Assembly: GCA_036654655.1 (NCBI GenBank)
Contig: JAVVRP010000001.1
Span: 74,426 to 138,425 of the forward strand
Direction of reading: 5' to 3'
From: Clostridia bacterium
Lineage (GTDB): Bacteria > Bacillota > Clostridia > Christensenellales > UBA1242
DNA length: 64,000 nt
The notes below the pieces were generated by a model. It did no database searches. It saw only the letters and a list, made by a program, of their open reading frames with translations, and had not been told where the DNA came from. The position numbers and the translations under genes were made by a program. This document shows, piece by piece, positions 29,488 through 38,636 of this stretch (positions are counted from its first letter, which is position 1; each line of letters begins with the position of its first letter).

Positions 29488-30177
29488 ATGATGTATAATC
29501 AAAATATGTTGTATTACATTTTAGCATTTAAAGATATGCTTCCGCCAATTACATTGTTTGCTTTTACAATTGCTTATTGTATTGCAGTTTTATTTGCAAT
29601 TTCTTTTCATGAACTTGCTCACGGTTACGTTGCATACAAAGCAGGAGATTTAACAGCAAAATCTCAGGGACGATTGTCTTTAAATCCATTTAAACACATA
29701 GATGGCTGGGGTGCTTTATGCTTTTTGTTAATAGGGTTTGGTTGGGCAAAGCCAGTGCAAATTAACCCTTTAAAATTTAGAAATTACAAACGTGATATGC
29801 TTAAAGTTTCTCTTGCGGGAGTTACAACAAATTTTTCAATAGCATTTTTGTTATCCCCATTAAATTATTTTTTTGGTCCATCGTTATTTTCATCTTCAAA
29901 TGTTTTTCTTAATTTTTTGGGATTTTTAATTCAAATGAGCATAATTGTTAATCTTTCGCTTTTTGCATTTAATTTAATACCTTGTTATCCGCTTGATGGA
30001 TTTAATTTTATTAAAACATTTTTAAGCGAGGAAAATCGTTTTGTTCAATTTATGTATCGTTATGGTTCTTTAATTTTAATGCTAATAATAATCACACCAG
30101 TTTTTGATTGGGTTTACTCTGCAATAACAGGCGGATTTTTGGAATTGTTCTCCATGTTTTGGGGGCTATTTGGATGA
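29488..30177 (+). CDS. Site-2 protease family (M50) membrane metalloprotease
   Basis: HELAHG in a TM helix, a second conserved Asp in PCYPLDG, and about 6 TM helices. Confidence 0.8.
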   Translation: MMYNQNMLYYILAFKDMLPPITLFAFTIAYCIAVLFAISFHELAHGYVAYKAGDLTAKSQGRLSLNPFKHIDGWGALCFLLIGFGWAKPVQINPLKFRNYKRDMLKVSLAGVTTNFSIAFLLSPLNYFFGPSLFSSSNVFLNFLGFLIQMSIIVNLSLFAFNLIPCYPLDGFNFIKTFLSEENRFVQFMYRYGSLILMLIIITPVFDWVYSAITGGFLELFSMFWGLFG

Positions 30178-30953
30178 CCAAAAATTCGGAAGAAGTTTTT
30201 TTGAAAAATGATGATAATTTGTCCCAAACAAACAAACCATATGAAGTCAAATTAGAAAATTTTGAAGGGCCGTTGGACCTTTTATTGCACTTAATTAAGG
30301 ACGATAAACTTGACATAGAAACTGTTAAACTTGCGGATTTAACTCAGCAATATCTTGAATTTATGAAAGATATTGAGTTTTTGGACATGGAAAGGGCAAG
30401 CGAATTTATTGTTGTTGCAGCAACACTTATTGAAATAAAAAGTAAAACATTATTGCCAGTTGAAAGTAAAGATATGATAGAAGAAGACGATAGCGGTGCA
30501 ATTTTGTTGCAAAGATTAAAAGAATATAAATTATATAAAGAAGCAAGTGAAAAACTCCAACTATTTGAAAATGTTGACAGAATGTATAAAGAACCCGACA
30601 AAACCACAGAAAAATTTAGAATTGTTTTAAAGGATATGGTTTTAGACAAACTTTTAAACAGTTTTGTGGATATTATCACGCGGATTAAACTTAAAGAACG
30701 TGTTGAACAAGTAAAAAACATAGAAAAAGATAAATTTACAGTAGCAGAAAAAATGTTACAAATTAAAAAACTTTTAGCGGATAAAAGTCAAATAAAATTT
30801 ACTGACTTGTTTAAAGAAGAACACACAAAGTCCGAAGTAATTACAGTTTTTATGGCTGTTTTAGAACTTTTAAAATTACAAACCATAAAGGCAAAGCAAT
30901 TTGGAATGTTTGGTGACATCTTTATTGAATACAAAGGAGTTCCTAATGAGTGA
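30174..30953 (+). CDS. scpA: Segregation and condensation protein A (kleisin)
   Basis: FEGPLDLLLHLI motif near the N-terminus. ATG 30174 overlaps the preceding stop (ATGA). The track start at 30108 lies inside the M50 gene. Confidence 0.9.
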   Translation: MTKNSEEVFLKNDDNLSQTNKPYEVKLENFEGPLDLLLHLIKDDKLDIETVKLADLTQQYLEFMKDIEFLDMERASEFIVVAATLIEIKSKTLLPVESKDMIEEDDSGAILLQRLKEYKLYKEASEKLQLFENVDRMYKEPDKTTEKFRIVLKDMVLDKLLNSFVDIITRIKLKERVEQVKNIEKDKFTVAEKMLQIKKLLADKSQIKFTDLFKEEHTKSEVITVFMAVLELLKLQTIKAKQFGMFGDIFIEYKGVPNE

Positions 30954-31728
30954 AGAAAAGGAAATTATAAAAGCGATATTATTTGTTGCAGGTGATGGAG
31001 TGGACATTGATGATATTTCTAGCAAGTTGGATATCACAAAAGAAAACATGTTAAAATTTGTTAATGAATTAAAAAAAGAACTTGCGGGGGCTTGTGGTAT
31101 TCATTTAATATCTTACAAAAATAAAATTCAGTTATGCTCAAATCCACAATTTGCAAATCAAATTGCAAACGTGTTAAACCCAATAAGACAGCGTGCGCTT
31201 ACAAAGTCCGCGCTAGAAACTCTTGCAATAATTGCATACAAGCAACCAATAACCAAACTTGAAATAGAAGAAATAAGAGGCAGAAGCAGTGAATATACTG
31301 TTCAAGTTTTAAGTGAGCATAATTTAATTGCAATTGTTGGACAAAAAGATGCTTTGGGTAGGCCATTTTTGTTTGGCACAACAGATGAGTTTTTAAAACG
31401 TTTTGGGCTTGAAAACATTAATTTTTTGCCTGACTATGATGAATTAATCAGCAAAATACAGCAACTTAGAACAAATGAGAAAGAAGATGGCTTGTATTTT
31501 GATTACAAGGTTCCTACCGAGGAAATTGAAGTAGAAGAAAATAATAACAAAACATTAACAGCACAAAATGAAGGTTTAAGTGAATTTAACGAGTTTGCAT
31601 CAAAAGAAAAATTGCAAAACATTGACGAAATGTTAAAAAAAATTGCCAAGGACACAAATACAATTAGTTCTAACAGTTTGTATGATATGGAATATCATGA
31701 AAAAACTGGCGAATCGCAAAAGTATTAA
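30946..31728 (+). CDS. scpB: Segregation and condensation protein B (with an acidic C-terminal extension of about 80 aa)
   Basis: ILFVAGDGV and AYKQPITKLEIEEIRG wHTH motifs. AGGAG SD before ATG 30946. Overlaps the scpA stop. Confidence 0.9.
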   Translation: MSEEKEIIKAILFVAGDGVDIDDISSKLDITKENMLKFVNELKKELAGACGIHLISYKNKIQLCSNPQFANQIANVLNPIRQRALTKSALETLAIIAYKQPITKLEIEEIRGRSSEYTVQVLSEHNLIAIVGQKDALGRPFLFGTTDEFLKRFGLENINFLPDYDELISKIQQLRTNEKEDGLYFDYKVPTEEIEVEENNNKTLTAQNEGLSEFNEFASKEKLQNIDEMLKKIAKDTNTISSNSLYDMEYHEKTGESQKY

Positions 31729-31781
31729 ATTTTTATTCTATAAAAAGGTATAAAACAATTTAATTATCAAATAATAGTGGC

Positions 31782-32333
31782 ATGAGAAATTTAATTTTAA
31801 CAGTGTCACTTTTATTAATTTTTTTTGTCATTTTACCGTTTAATTTTAAGATAAAATTTTCTTATAATTTTCAAGAAAACTTGGGAGTGTTTTGTTTTTC
31901 TTTTTTAAAATTAAAACTAAAATTGTTTTTGTTTACATTTAAAAAAAACACTTTAATTATTAAAACAAAAAAACATAAAAAAGTTATTGAATTTGAAGTT
32001 AGTCAATCGCAAATAAAATTTATAAAACAACTTAGTATTCAACTAAAAGACAAAATAAAAATTAAAGATTTGGTCGCTATTTCTCATATTGGGCTAGGTG
32101 AAGCAATGGAGTCAGCAATTTTATCAGGTTTTATTAATCAGTTAATGTGTGGCTTGCTTGCTTATGTAAAAAATTTTAAAAAGTCAGCAAATATGGTTAT
32201 AAGAAGTCACACATCTTTTAACAAAGTAAAAACAGAAATTTCTGCTATGTGCAACTTTTCAATCTCAATTTTTGATATTTTATACTCTATTTTAATGTCT
32301 TTTGCAATAACAAAACGAACGGATAAATATTAA
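31782..32333 (+). CDS. ytfI: YtfI-like sporulation-associated protein (DUF2953-like)
   Basis: N-terminal TM helix and beta-rich repeats. Conserved position between scpB and ytfJ in clostridial genomes. Confidence 0.45.
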   Translation: MRNLILTVSLLLIFFVILPFNFKIKFSYNFQENLGVFCFSFLKLKLKLFLFTFKKNTLIIKTKKHKKVIEFEVSQSQIKFIKQLSIQLKDKIKIKDLVAISHIGLGEAMESAILSGFINQLMCGLLAYVKNFKKSANMVIRSHTSFNKVKTEISAMCNFSISIFDILYSILMSFAITKRTDKY

Positions 32334-32374
32334 ACAATAAAATAAATTAACTTAAAAAGAAGGAGATTTAAAGT

Positions 32375-32773
32375 ATGAAAGTTGATACAACAAACAAAAT
32401 TAAGGATTTAATTACAGAAACAATAAACAGCGTTAAAACTTTAACAGAAAGTAAAACAATTATAGGTGAACCCATAATAACGCCCAACGGTACAATAATT
32501 TTGCCAATTCATAAAATATCTGTTGGCTTTGTTGTTGGTGGTGGAGAATATTCAAATTTAGGTAAGCACTCATCCTTTAATTTGCCAATGGCGGGCGGAA
32601 GTGGTGGAGGCGCAAGTGTAACACCAATTGGATTTGTTGTGGAAGATTCTTGTGGGGTAAGGTTTGTTGATGTTGAAAATAAATCTGCATATCAAACAAT
32701 TTTAAATTTGGCAAACAAACTTATTAACAAACTTGATGATACAAACAATTTTAAAGAGGACAACAAAATATAA
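32375..32773 (+). CDS. ytfJ: Sporulation protein YtfJ (GerW family)
   Basis: GEPIITPNGTIILPIHKISVGFVVGGGEY...GGSGGGASVTPIGFVV is the characteristic YtfJ/GerW pattern. Confidence 0.85.
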   Translation: MKVDTTNKIKDLITETINSVKTLTESKTIIGEPIITPNGTIILPIHKISVGFVVGGGEYSNLGKHSSFNLPMAGGSGGGASVTPIGFVVEDSCGVRFVDVENKSAYQTILNLANKLINKLDDTNNFKEDNKI

Positions 32774-32800
32774 TTAATGTTTTTTGGGAGAAAATAATAC

Positions 32801-34024
32801 GTGAAAATATTAAAAAGAAAATTTTTTTTAAAAAGTAGTAAAAAGTTAGTTTTTATGATGTCAATTTTATTTTCTTTTGTACCTTTTGTTGCTATTTCAG
32901 ACACAGTTTTTGCAAACGATGTTTTGCCAAAAATCAACAATAGTTTAACAATTGAAACGAGGGCAAAAAGTGCGGTGGTTATTGAGGCACAAACTGGGCG
33001 TGTACTTTTTGAAAAAAACAAAGACCAAAAACTTGCAATGGCAAGTACAACAAAAATTGTAACTGCACTTACAGTTTTAAATCATTGCAAAAATTTAAAA
33101 CAAAAAGTGAAAATAAACGACAAGGCTGTTGGGGTGGAAGGAACAAGTTTATACTTAAAAAAAGGTGAAATTTTAACTGTAAAGGAATTGCTTTATGGAG
33201 TTATGTTGCCATCTGGGAATGATGCAAGTTTGGCACTTGCAATTCATGTTGCAGGAAGCGAAAGCAAGTTTTGTGAAATGATGGAGCAAACTGCAAAAAC
33301 TGTGGGTGCAAATAATTCCTGTTTTAAAAATTCTCATGGATTAGATGCAGTTGGGCATTACACAACTGCACATGACCTTGCAAAAATAACAGCAAAAGCA
33401 CTTGAAAACAAGGTGTTTATGGAAATTGTTTGCACAGAGTATATAAAAATAAATGGTGTATCACCAGACAACGCAAGGCTTTTAAAAAATAAAAATAAAT
33501 TGCTGGGTAAATTTGAAGGATGCAATGGCGTTAAAACTGGATTTACTGATAACGCGGGAAGATGTTTTGTATCTTCGGCAGAAAGAAATGGGTTAAAATT
33601 GGTTTGTGTTGTTTTAAATTGTGTGGACATGTTCAACGACAGTGAAGCGCTACTTGAAAATACATTTAAAAATTATACAATGCATCAAGTTTTATTGCCA
33701 TATGCATTTCAAAAAAAGGTAATTGTTGAAAACGGTAAAAAAGCAAATGTTAAAATATTTTCAAAGCGTGGATTTGCGTATCCAATTTTAACAAAAGAAG
33801 TTTCAAAGTTTGAAGTTGTGGTTGATTTACCTCAAACTTTGTATGCACCATTAAAAAAAGAACAAGAAGTTGGTGAAATAAAAATATACTTTGATAACCA
33901 CTTGCTCTTTTGTGAAAAATTGTTTACAATGGATGAGATAAGGTCAATTAACTTTTGGGACAACCTTAAAGAAATTTATGACCGATGGAGTTTTTTTGGT
34001 GAGAATAAACAAGTATTTGGCTGA
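32801..34024 (+). CDS. dacB: D-alanyl-D-alanine carboxypeptidase (S11, DacB-like)
   Basis: Signal/TM segment, SxxK (ASTTKIV), SxN (SGNDAS) and KTG (VKTGFT). GTG start. Confidence 0.85.
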   Translation: MKILKRKFFLKSSKKLVFMMSILFSFVPFVAISDTVFANDVLPKINNSLTIETRAKSAVVIEAQTGRVLFEKNKDQKLAMASTTKIVTALTVLNHCKNLKQKVKINDKAVGVEGTSLYLKKGEILTVKELLYGVMLPSGNDASLALAIHVAGSESKFCEMMEQTAKTVGANNSCFKNSHGLDAVGHYTTAHDLAKITAKALENKVFMEIVCTEYIKINGVSPDNARLLKNKNKLLGKFEGCNGVKTGFTDNAGRCFVSSAERNGLKLVCVVLNCVDMFNDSEALLENTFKNYTMHQVLLPYAFQKKVIVENGKKANVKIFSKRGFAYPILTKEVSKFEVVVDLPQTLYAPLKKEQEVGEIKIYFDNHLLFCEKLFTMDEIRSINFWDNLKEIYDRWSFFGENKQVFG

Positions 34025-34712
34025 TTGCGGACAAGGAAGCCGTAGGGCGTGCGAAAAATTAATATTGGATGGTCAAGTTTTAGTTAATGGAAAAATTGAA
34101 ACAAATTTAGCAACAGACATAAAACTTAACGATGTTGTGCAATGTCTTGGAAATATTGTTGCCCCAAGTGGAGATTTTTTATATTACAAACTTCACAAAC
34201 CAAAGGGAGTAATTTGCTCTGCATCCGATGAAAAAGGTAGAAAAACTATTTTTGATCTTGTTAATTGCGAACGAAGGCTGTTTTCTATTGGGCGTTTGGA
34301 TTATGATACAGAAGGTCTTATTTTATTGACTAATGACGGGCAGTTGGCACAAAAATTATCGCATCCATCACACGAAATAGAAAAGGAATATATGGTTTGT
34401 GTTCGTGGAAACATGCTAGAAAGTGAACTTGCAGTGCTAAGAGCCGGTGTTGTGGAAAATGGGATAAGGATGCCAAGTGCAAAAGTTGTTTTAATTAAAA
34501 CAGAAAATAACATCAGCAGAGTTTCTGTAAAAATTTCACAAGGGCTTAATAGACAAGTTAGAAGAATGTTTGAGGCCATTGGAAGAGAAATTTTGCTTTT
34601 AAAAAGGGTTGCAGTTGGCAATGTTTGTTTGGGAGGGTTGCAACGTGGAAAGTGTAAACAACTTTCACAAACAGAACTTGCCGAACTTTTTAAACTTTGC
34701 GAGAATAAATAA
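33999..34712 (+). CDS. rluB: Pseudouridine synthase, RsuA/RluB family
   Basis: S4 domain (RINKYLADCGQGSRRACEKLI) and catalytic GRLDYDTEGLILLTNDG. Probable GTG start at 33999 after GGAG. Overlaps the 3' end of dacB. Confidence 0.88.
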   Translation: MRINKYLADCGQGSRRACEKLILDGQVLVNGKIETNLATDIKLNDVVQCLGNIVAPSGDFLYYKLHKPKGVICSASDEKGRKTIFDLVNCERRLFSIGRLDYDTEGLILLTNDGQLAQKLSHPSHEIEKEYMVCVRGNMLESELAVLRAGVVENGIRMPSAKVVLIKTENNISRVSVKISQGLNRQVRRMFEAIGREILLLKRVAVGNVCLGGLQRGKCKQLSQTELAELFKLCENK

Positions 34713-34733
34713 ACAAATATTTGAGGAGTAAAT

Positions 34734-35315
34734 ATGTATTGGTTGTATAAAATTTTGTTGTGGTTTCCGCTAACAATTTTGTTTCCAACAATTATGAAAA
34801 GAAAAAATATTCCCAAAGGTAAAGCAATTTTAGTTTGCAATCACAGAAGCAATATGGATGTTGTTGTTTTAATGAACAAAGTTTGGTTCAAGCCAAACAT
34901 TCTTGCAAAAAAGGAACTTTTTGCAAAAAAATGTAAAAGAAGATTTTTTAAACAAATAGGCGGAATTCCAGTTGATCGTGAAAATTTGGAATTATCCACA
35001 ATTAAAACATGTCTTTTAAAATTAAAAAATAATGAAAAATTAATAATTTTCCCCGAGGGCACCCGCAATAAAACAGAGGATAACTTGCAGGCTTTAAAAA
35101 ACGGAAGTGCAATGCTGTCAATTAAATCGCAATCTCCAATTATTCCAATTTGGATTGAAAAAAAACCAAAATTATTTTCATTTAACAAAATTATTGTTGG
35201 GCAACCATTCTTTCTTAAAGAATTTGACAAAATAAATGCTGAAAATTTAAAACTTGCAAGCAATAAAATCTCCCAAAAATTATTGGAACTATCAAATCAT
35301 GTAAATAACAAATAA
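34734..35315 (+). CDS. plsC: 1-acyl-sn-glycerol-3-phosphate acyltransferase
   Basis: HX4D motif (NHRSNMDV), FPEGTR and IPIWI blocks. Confidence 0.85.
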   Translation: MYWLYKILLWFPLTILFPTIMKRKNIPKGKAILVCNHRSNMDVVVLMNKVWFKPNILAKKELFAKKCKRRFFKQIGGIPVDRENLELSTIKTCLLKLKNNEKLIIFPEGTRNKTEDNLQALKNGSAMLSIKSQSPIIPIWIEKKPKLFSFNKIIVGQPFFLKEFDKINAENLKLASNKISQKLLELSNHVNNK

Positions 35316-35343
35316 AAAATTGTCTGTTATGACAATTTTTTTG
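35314..35343. terminator. Bidirectional terminator between plsC (+) and tRNA-Thr (-)
   Basis: aaaaattgtc-tgttat-gacaattttt hairpin with A/T runs on both sides. Confidence 0.6.
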
Positions 35344-35344
35344 T

Positions 35345-35420
35345 TGGAGCTAGTGGGGGGAATCGGACCCCCGACCTGCTGATTACGAATCAGCTGCTCT
35401 ACCAACTGAGCCACACTAGC
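35345..35420 (-). tRNA. tRNA-Thr (anticodon CGT) with an atypical T-loop
   Basis: Folded by hand into a cloverleaf: acceptor GCTAGTG/CACTAGC, anticodon arm GCTGA-TTCGTAA-TCAGC, T arm GGGGG-TCCGATT-CCCCC, encoded CCA. Position 55 is C rather than U. Confidence 0.8.
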
Positions 35421-35443
35421 ATATAGGCTGTAAGTGCCCATAT

Positions 35444-36835
35444 TTACTTTTTAAGTATATCATATCCGCTTTTTTTGTCAAGAATTGTAAAACCCTTATC
35501 GTCAATTTCTTTTCTGTATTTATCCGCAAGCGCCCAGTTTTTTTCATCTTTTGCTTGCCACCTTTTTAAAGCCAATTCTGTTATGTCTGCTGGAATTAAG
35601 CATTTATTTTCACTTAAATGGAGTTCTGCATTTTTCAAATCCAACCCAAGTGCATTGTCAAAAAAAAGCAAGGCATTATAAATTTGTTTACTTTTGTTTT
35701 TAATTTTTAAAAGTTCCCAAACATAAGAAAGTGCAAGCGGAAAATTTAAATTAGAATTAACTGCATTTTCAAAGTTTTTGCAAATTGTTTTAATTTGAGA
35801 TTCGTCAACTAAATCTTTTCCGTTTTTGTTTTCAACAGTGGCATTCCAAATCTTTTGTAGGGCAGTTTCACATGATGCAAGTGATTCAAAAGTAAAATTT
35901 TGTTGTTTAGAATAATGAGCAGTTAAATACAAATATCTAAGTGAAAGCGGGGAATATCCCTTTTCTATTATTGAAGAAACACTTTCTATATTCTTTAAAC
36001 TTTTACTCATTTTTTTGCCGTCCATCATAAGATGTTCTAAGTGGACCCAATATTTTACAACTTGCGTTCCACATACTCCAAAATTTTGAGCAATTTCATT
36101 TTCGTGATGAACTGTTTTATGTTCAACGCCACCACCATGGATATCAATATTGTTTCCTAAAAACTTTCTGCCAATTGCGGAACATTCTATATGCCAACCA
36201 GGATAGCCAAGCCCCCACGGACTTTGCCATTTCATAATATGATTTTCTGCGGCCTTAACCCAAAGTGTAAAATCCAATGGATTGCGTTTAAAATCGTCCA
36301 CTGCAATTCTTGCGCCTGCTAATTTATCATTTAAGTTCATTCCTCCAAGTTGTCCATAGTCCTTAAATTTTGATATATCATAATACACACCCTTTTGTGT
36401 TTCATAAGCAAATCCATTTTTAATTAATGTTTTAATAAATTCAATTATTTCGTCAATTACACTGGTTGCTTTTACAATATGTTCAGGAGTTTCAATGTTT
36501 AATTTTTTTATATCTTTATAGCATAAATCCCAATAATAATTTGCAACTTCCTCCGGAGATTTATTTTCTTTTTTTGCTGTTAATTCAATTTTATCATCGC
36601 CTTCATCTTCGTCCGAAGTCATATGCCCAACATCTGTTATATTCATAACATGATTAATTTTGTATCCATTAAATTTTATAACACGGCGGATGCTGTCCAT
36701 AACAAAAAATGCACGCATATTGCCTATATGTTGCGTCCAATACACAGTTGGACCACAAAAATAAAAGCCAACAGTGTCTGTTTGTGGGTGAAATTCTTCT
36801 TCTTTTTTTGTTAGTGAGTTATATAAAGTAAGCAT
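35444..36835 (-). CDS. cysS: Cysteinyl-tRNA synthetase
   Basis: Class I aaRS with the HIGH-type motif (HIGNMR), KMSKS and a zinc-binding Cys/His pattern. ATG 36835 follows AGGAGA; the track adds an upstream TTG codon. Confidence 0.93.
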   Translation of the reverse strand: MLTLYNSLTKKEEEFHPQTDTVGFYFCGPTVYWTQHIGNMRAFFVMDSIRRVIKFNGYKINHVMNITDVGHMTSDEDEGDDKIELTAKKENKSPEEVANYYWDLCYKDIKKLNIETPEHIVKATSVIDEIIEFIKTLIKNGFAYETQKGVYYDISKFKDYGQLGGMNLNDKLAGARIAVDDFKRNPLDFTLWVKAAENHIMKWQSPWGLGYPGWHIECSAIGRKFLGNNIDIHGGGVEHKTVHHENEIAQNFGVCGTQVVKYWVHLEHLMMDGKKMSKSLKNIESVSSIIEKGYSPLSLRYLYLTAHYSKQQNFTFESLASCETALQKIWNATVENKNGKDLVDESQIKTICKNFENAVNSNLNFPLALSYVWELLKIKNKSKQIYNALLFFDNALGLDLKNAELHLSENKCLIPADITELALKRWQAKDEKNWALADKYRKEIDDKGFTILDKKSGYDILKK

Positions 36836-36932
36836 CAAATATCTCCTATAATAACTTTATGTAAATTTTGTTAAATTGATAACATAAGTATATCAAATTA
36901 AACTTAAAAAATAAAGTGATTTTTTGCAACAA

Positions 36933-36962
36933 AAATAAAAAAATGCCATCTTGGCATTTTTT
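36933..36962 (-). terminator. Terminator at the end of the tRNA cluster
   Basis: atgcca-tct-tggcat hairpin flanked by an A-run and a T-run, immediately 3' of tRNA-Tyr on the minus strand. Confidence 0.6.
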
Positions 36963-36965
36963 GAG

Positions 36966-37050
36966 TGGTGGGCGGGGATGGATTCGAACCATCGAAGGCA
37001 GAGCCGGCAGATTTACAGTCTGATCCCTTTGGCCACTCGGGAACCCACCC
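36966..37050 (-). tRNA. tRNA-Tyr (GTA), type II with a long variable arm
   Basis: Hand fold: acceptor GGGTGGG/CCCGCCC, anticodon loop CTGTAAA, long variable arm, T arm GATGG-TTCGAAT-CCATC, encoded CCA. Confidence 0.88.
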
Positions 37051-37060
37051 ATATTAAGTT

Positions 37061-37135
37061 TGGAGCTGGTGATAGGAGTCGAACCTACAACCTATTGATT
37101 ACAAATCAATTGCTCTACCATTGAGCCACACCAGC
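37061..37135 (-). tRNA. tRNA-Thr (TGT)
   Basis: Acceptor GCTGGTG/CACCAGC, anticodon arm ATTGA-TTTGTAA-TCAAT, T loop TTCGACT, CCA. Confidence 0.88.
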
Positions 37136-37172
37136 AAATTATATGCCCAATTTGTGATTATAAGCCACATTT

Positions 37173-37248
37173 TGGTGCCTCGGGGCGGAATCGAACCACC
37201 GACACAAGGATTTTCAGTCCTTTGCTCTACCGACTGAGCTACCGAGGC
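37173..37248 (-). tRNA. tRNA-Phe (GAA)
   Basis: Acceptor GCCTCGG/CCGAGGC, anticodon arm AAGGA-CTGAAAA-TCCTT, T loop TTCGATT, CCA. Confidence 0.9.
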
Positions 37249-37251
37249 AAA

Positions 37252-37328
37252 TGGCGATTCGGATGGGGCTCGAACCCACGACCTCCAGCGTGACAGGCTG
37301 GCGTTCTAACCAACTGAACTACCGAACC
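37252..37328 (-). tRNA. tRNA-Asp (GTC)
   Basis: Acceptor GGTTCGG/CCGAATC, anticodon arm CCAGC-CTGTCAC-GCTGG, T loop TTCGAGC, discriminator G, CCA. Confidence 0.9.
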
Positions 37329-37409
37329 ACATTTATTAAAAAATGTGAGAATTTTTTGTTTACTTTCACAAGTATTTAACAAGTTTTACATGAGTGTCAA
37401 ACACGTAAA

Positions 37410-37486
37410 TGGTGGACCTTCAGGGACTTGAACCCCGGACCAACCGGTTATGAGCCGGTCGCTCTAACCAACTGAGCTAAAGGTCC
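37410..37486 (-). tRNA. tRNA with anticodon CAT (elongator Met or lysidine-type Ile2; not an initiator)
   Basis: Acceptor GGACCTT/AAGGTCC, anticodon arm ACCGG-CTCATAA-CCGGT. It lacks the three G-C pairs typical of an initiator. Overall it resembles ileX-type tRNAs. Confidence 0.8.
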
Positions 37487-37490
37487 ACAA

Positions 37491-37566
37491 TGGTCGGGGT
37501 GAGAAGATTTGAACTCCCGGCCCCATGGTCCCAAACCACGTGCGCTACCAACTGCGCTACACCCCG
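37491..37566 (-). tRNA. tRNA-Pro (TGG)
   Basis: Acceptor CGGGGTG/CACCCCG, anticodon arm CGTGG-TTTGGGA-CCATG, T loop TTCAAAT, CCA. Confidence 0.88.
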
Positions 37567-37585
37567 ATCTAATTGTGACTTCCTT

Positions 37586-37614
37586 ATTTTATATCAAATT
37601 TAAAATTGTGTCAA
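37586..37614 (-). promoter_or_regulatory. Sigma-A promoter of the tRNA cluster
   Basis: On the minus strand: TTGACA (37614-37609), 17-nt spacer, TAAAAT (37591-37586), about 20 nt upstream of tRNA-Pro. Confidence 0.6.
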
Positions 37615-37759
37615 GCATTTTAGTGATATTTTTAAATGTCTTTTAAAAAGTTTTTAAAATTGCTTTGCAAATTTTGTTTGCATTTTTGTAGTATAACATA
37701 TATTTTTAAAAAAGTCCGCTTTTTTTAGAAAATTATGTAAAATTAATTTTAAAGATTTG

Positions 37760-37786
37760 TTGCAATTTTTTTATTATTGTTATAAT
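37760..37786 (+). promoter_or_regulatory. Candidate promoter of the fabG-like gene
   Basis: Extended -10 TGtTATAAT (TATAAT at 37781-37786), with TTGCAA 15 nt upstream. Confidence 0.4.
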
Positions 37787-37803
37787 CTGTAAAAGGAGAA
37801 AAT

Positions 37804-38529
37804 ATGAAAACAGTTTTGATTACAGGTGGTTCAAGAGGAATTGGCAAGGCAACTGCATTATTTTATGCAAAAAATGGTTATAATGTTGCAATTTGTTACA
37901 ACAAAAACAAAGTTCTTGCAGACAATGTTTTAAATCAAATTTTAAAATTAGGTGTAAATGCCATTGCTTTTAAATGTGATGTTTCAAATTCAAAACAAGT
38001 AAATTGTATGTTTAATGAAATTATAAACACGCTAGGGCAAATTGAATGTATTGTTAATTGTGCGGGCGTGTCATACCCAAAAGTACTTATAGATTGTAAT
38101 GATGCCGAAGTTTATGAGCAAATAAACACAAATTTAATAGGAACAATTTTTGTATGCAGAGAAGGAATTAAATGCCTATTAACAAATGGAGGAGGATCTA
38201 TTGTTAATATTTCTTCAATTTGGGGAATTACTGGCGGAAGTGCAGAAAGTGTTTATTCGGCAAGCAAGGGTGGAGTTATTGCTTTTACAAAAGCGTTGGC
38301 CAAGGAATTTGCAAATAACAATATAAATGTAAACTGCATAGCACCGGGGAGTATTAAAACAGACATGCTTGCAAGCCTAGGTAAAAAAACAATTAAACAG
38401 ATTGAAAAAGAAACGCCTCTTGGCAGAATTGGGTCAGCAGAAGAAATTGCGGAATGCATTTATTTTATTTCTAATCAAAAGTTTATAACTGGTCAAATTT
38501 TAAGCCCAAATGGTGGAATTGTTATATAA
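37804..38529 (+). CDS. fabG: Short-chain dehydrogenase, 3-oxoacyl-ACP reductase-like
   Basis: TGGSRGIGKA cofactor motif, NAG, and catalytic S...YSASKGG. 241 aa. Confidence 0.8.
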   Translation: MKTVLITGGSRGIGKATALFYAKNGYNVAICYNKNKVLADNVLNQILKLGVNAIAFKCDVSNSKQVNCMFNEIINTLGQIECIVNCAGVSYPKVLIDCNDAEVYEQINTNLIGTIFVCREGIKCLLTNGGGSIVNISSIWGITGGSAESVYSASKGGVIAFTKALAKEFANNNINVNCIAPGSIKTDMLASLGKKTIKQIEKETPLGRIGSAEEIAECIYFISNQKFITGQILSPNGGIVI

Positions 38530-38569
38530 AATTTAAGTTTTAATTTGTATGCCTTTAAACTTTTTATAA

Positions 38570-38576
38570 TTCGACA
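38570..38576 (+). promoter_or_regulatory. Consensus Spo0A box (TTCGACA, complement of TGTCGAA) upstream of spoIIAA
   Basis: Exact 7-mer located 61-67 nt upstream of the spoIIAA ATG. It is the only exact 0A box I found in the window. Confidence 0.45.
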
Positions 38577-38636
38577 AAACTTCTAATTATTGTTCATCTA
38601 AAATTTGTTAGAGTTTTATTGAAGGGGGGGGCACGC

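Noticed and set aside
36846-37052. 68-aa minus-strand ORF
   Set aside because: It is encoded by the tRNA-Tyr gene and the terminator region. Its G/P/R-rich translation is typical of tRNA DNA.
37329-37409. TTGACA hexamer and a hairpin with a T-run between tRNA(CAT) and tRNA-Asp, as an internal promoter or terminator of the tRNA cluster
   Set aside because: The order is wrong for a functional pair, because the promoter-like hexamer precedes the hairpin. The -10 is poor. It is more likely a processing spacer.
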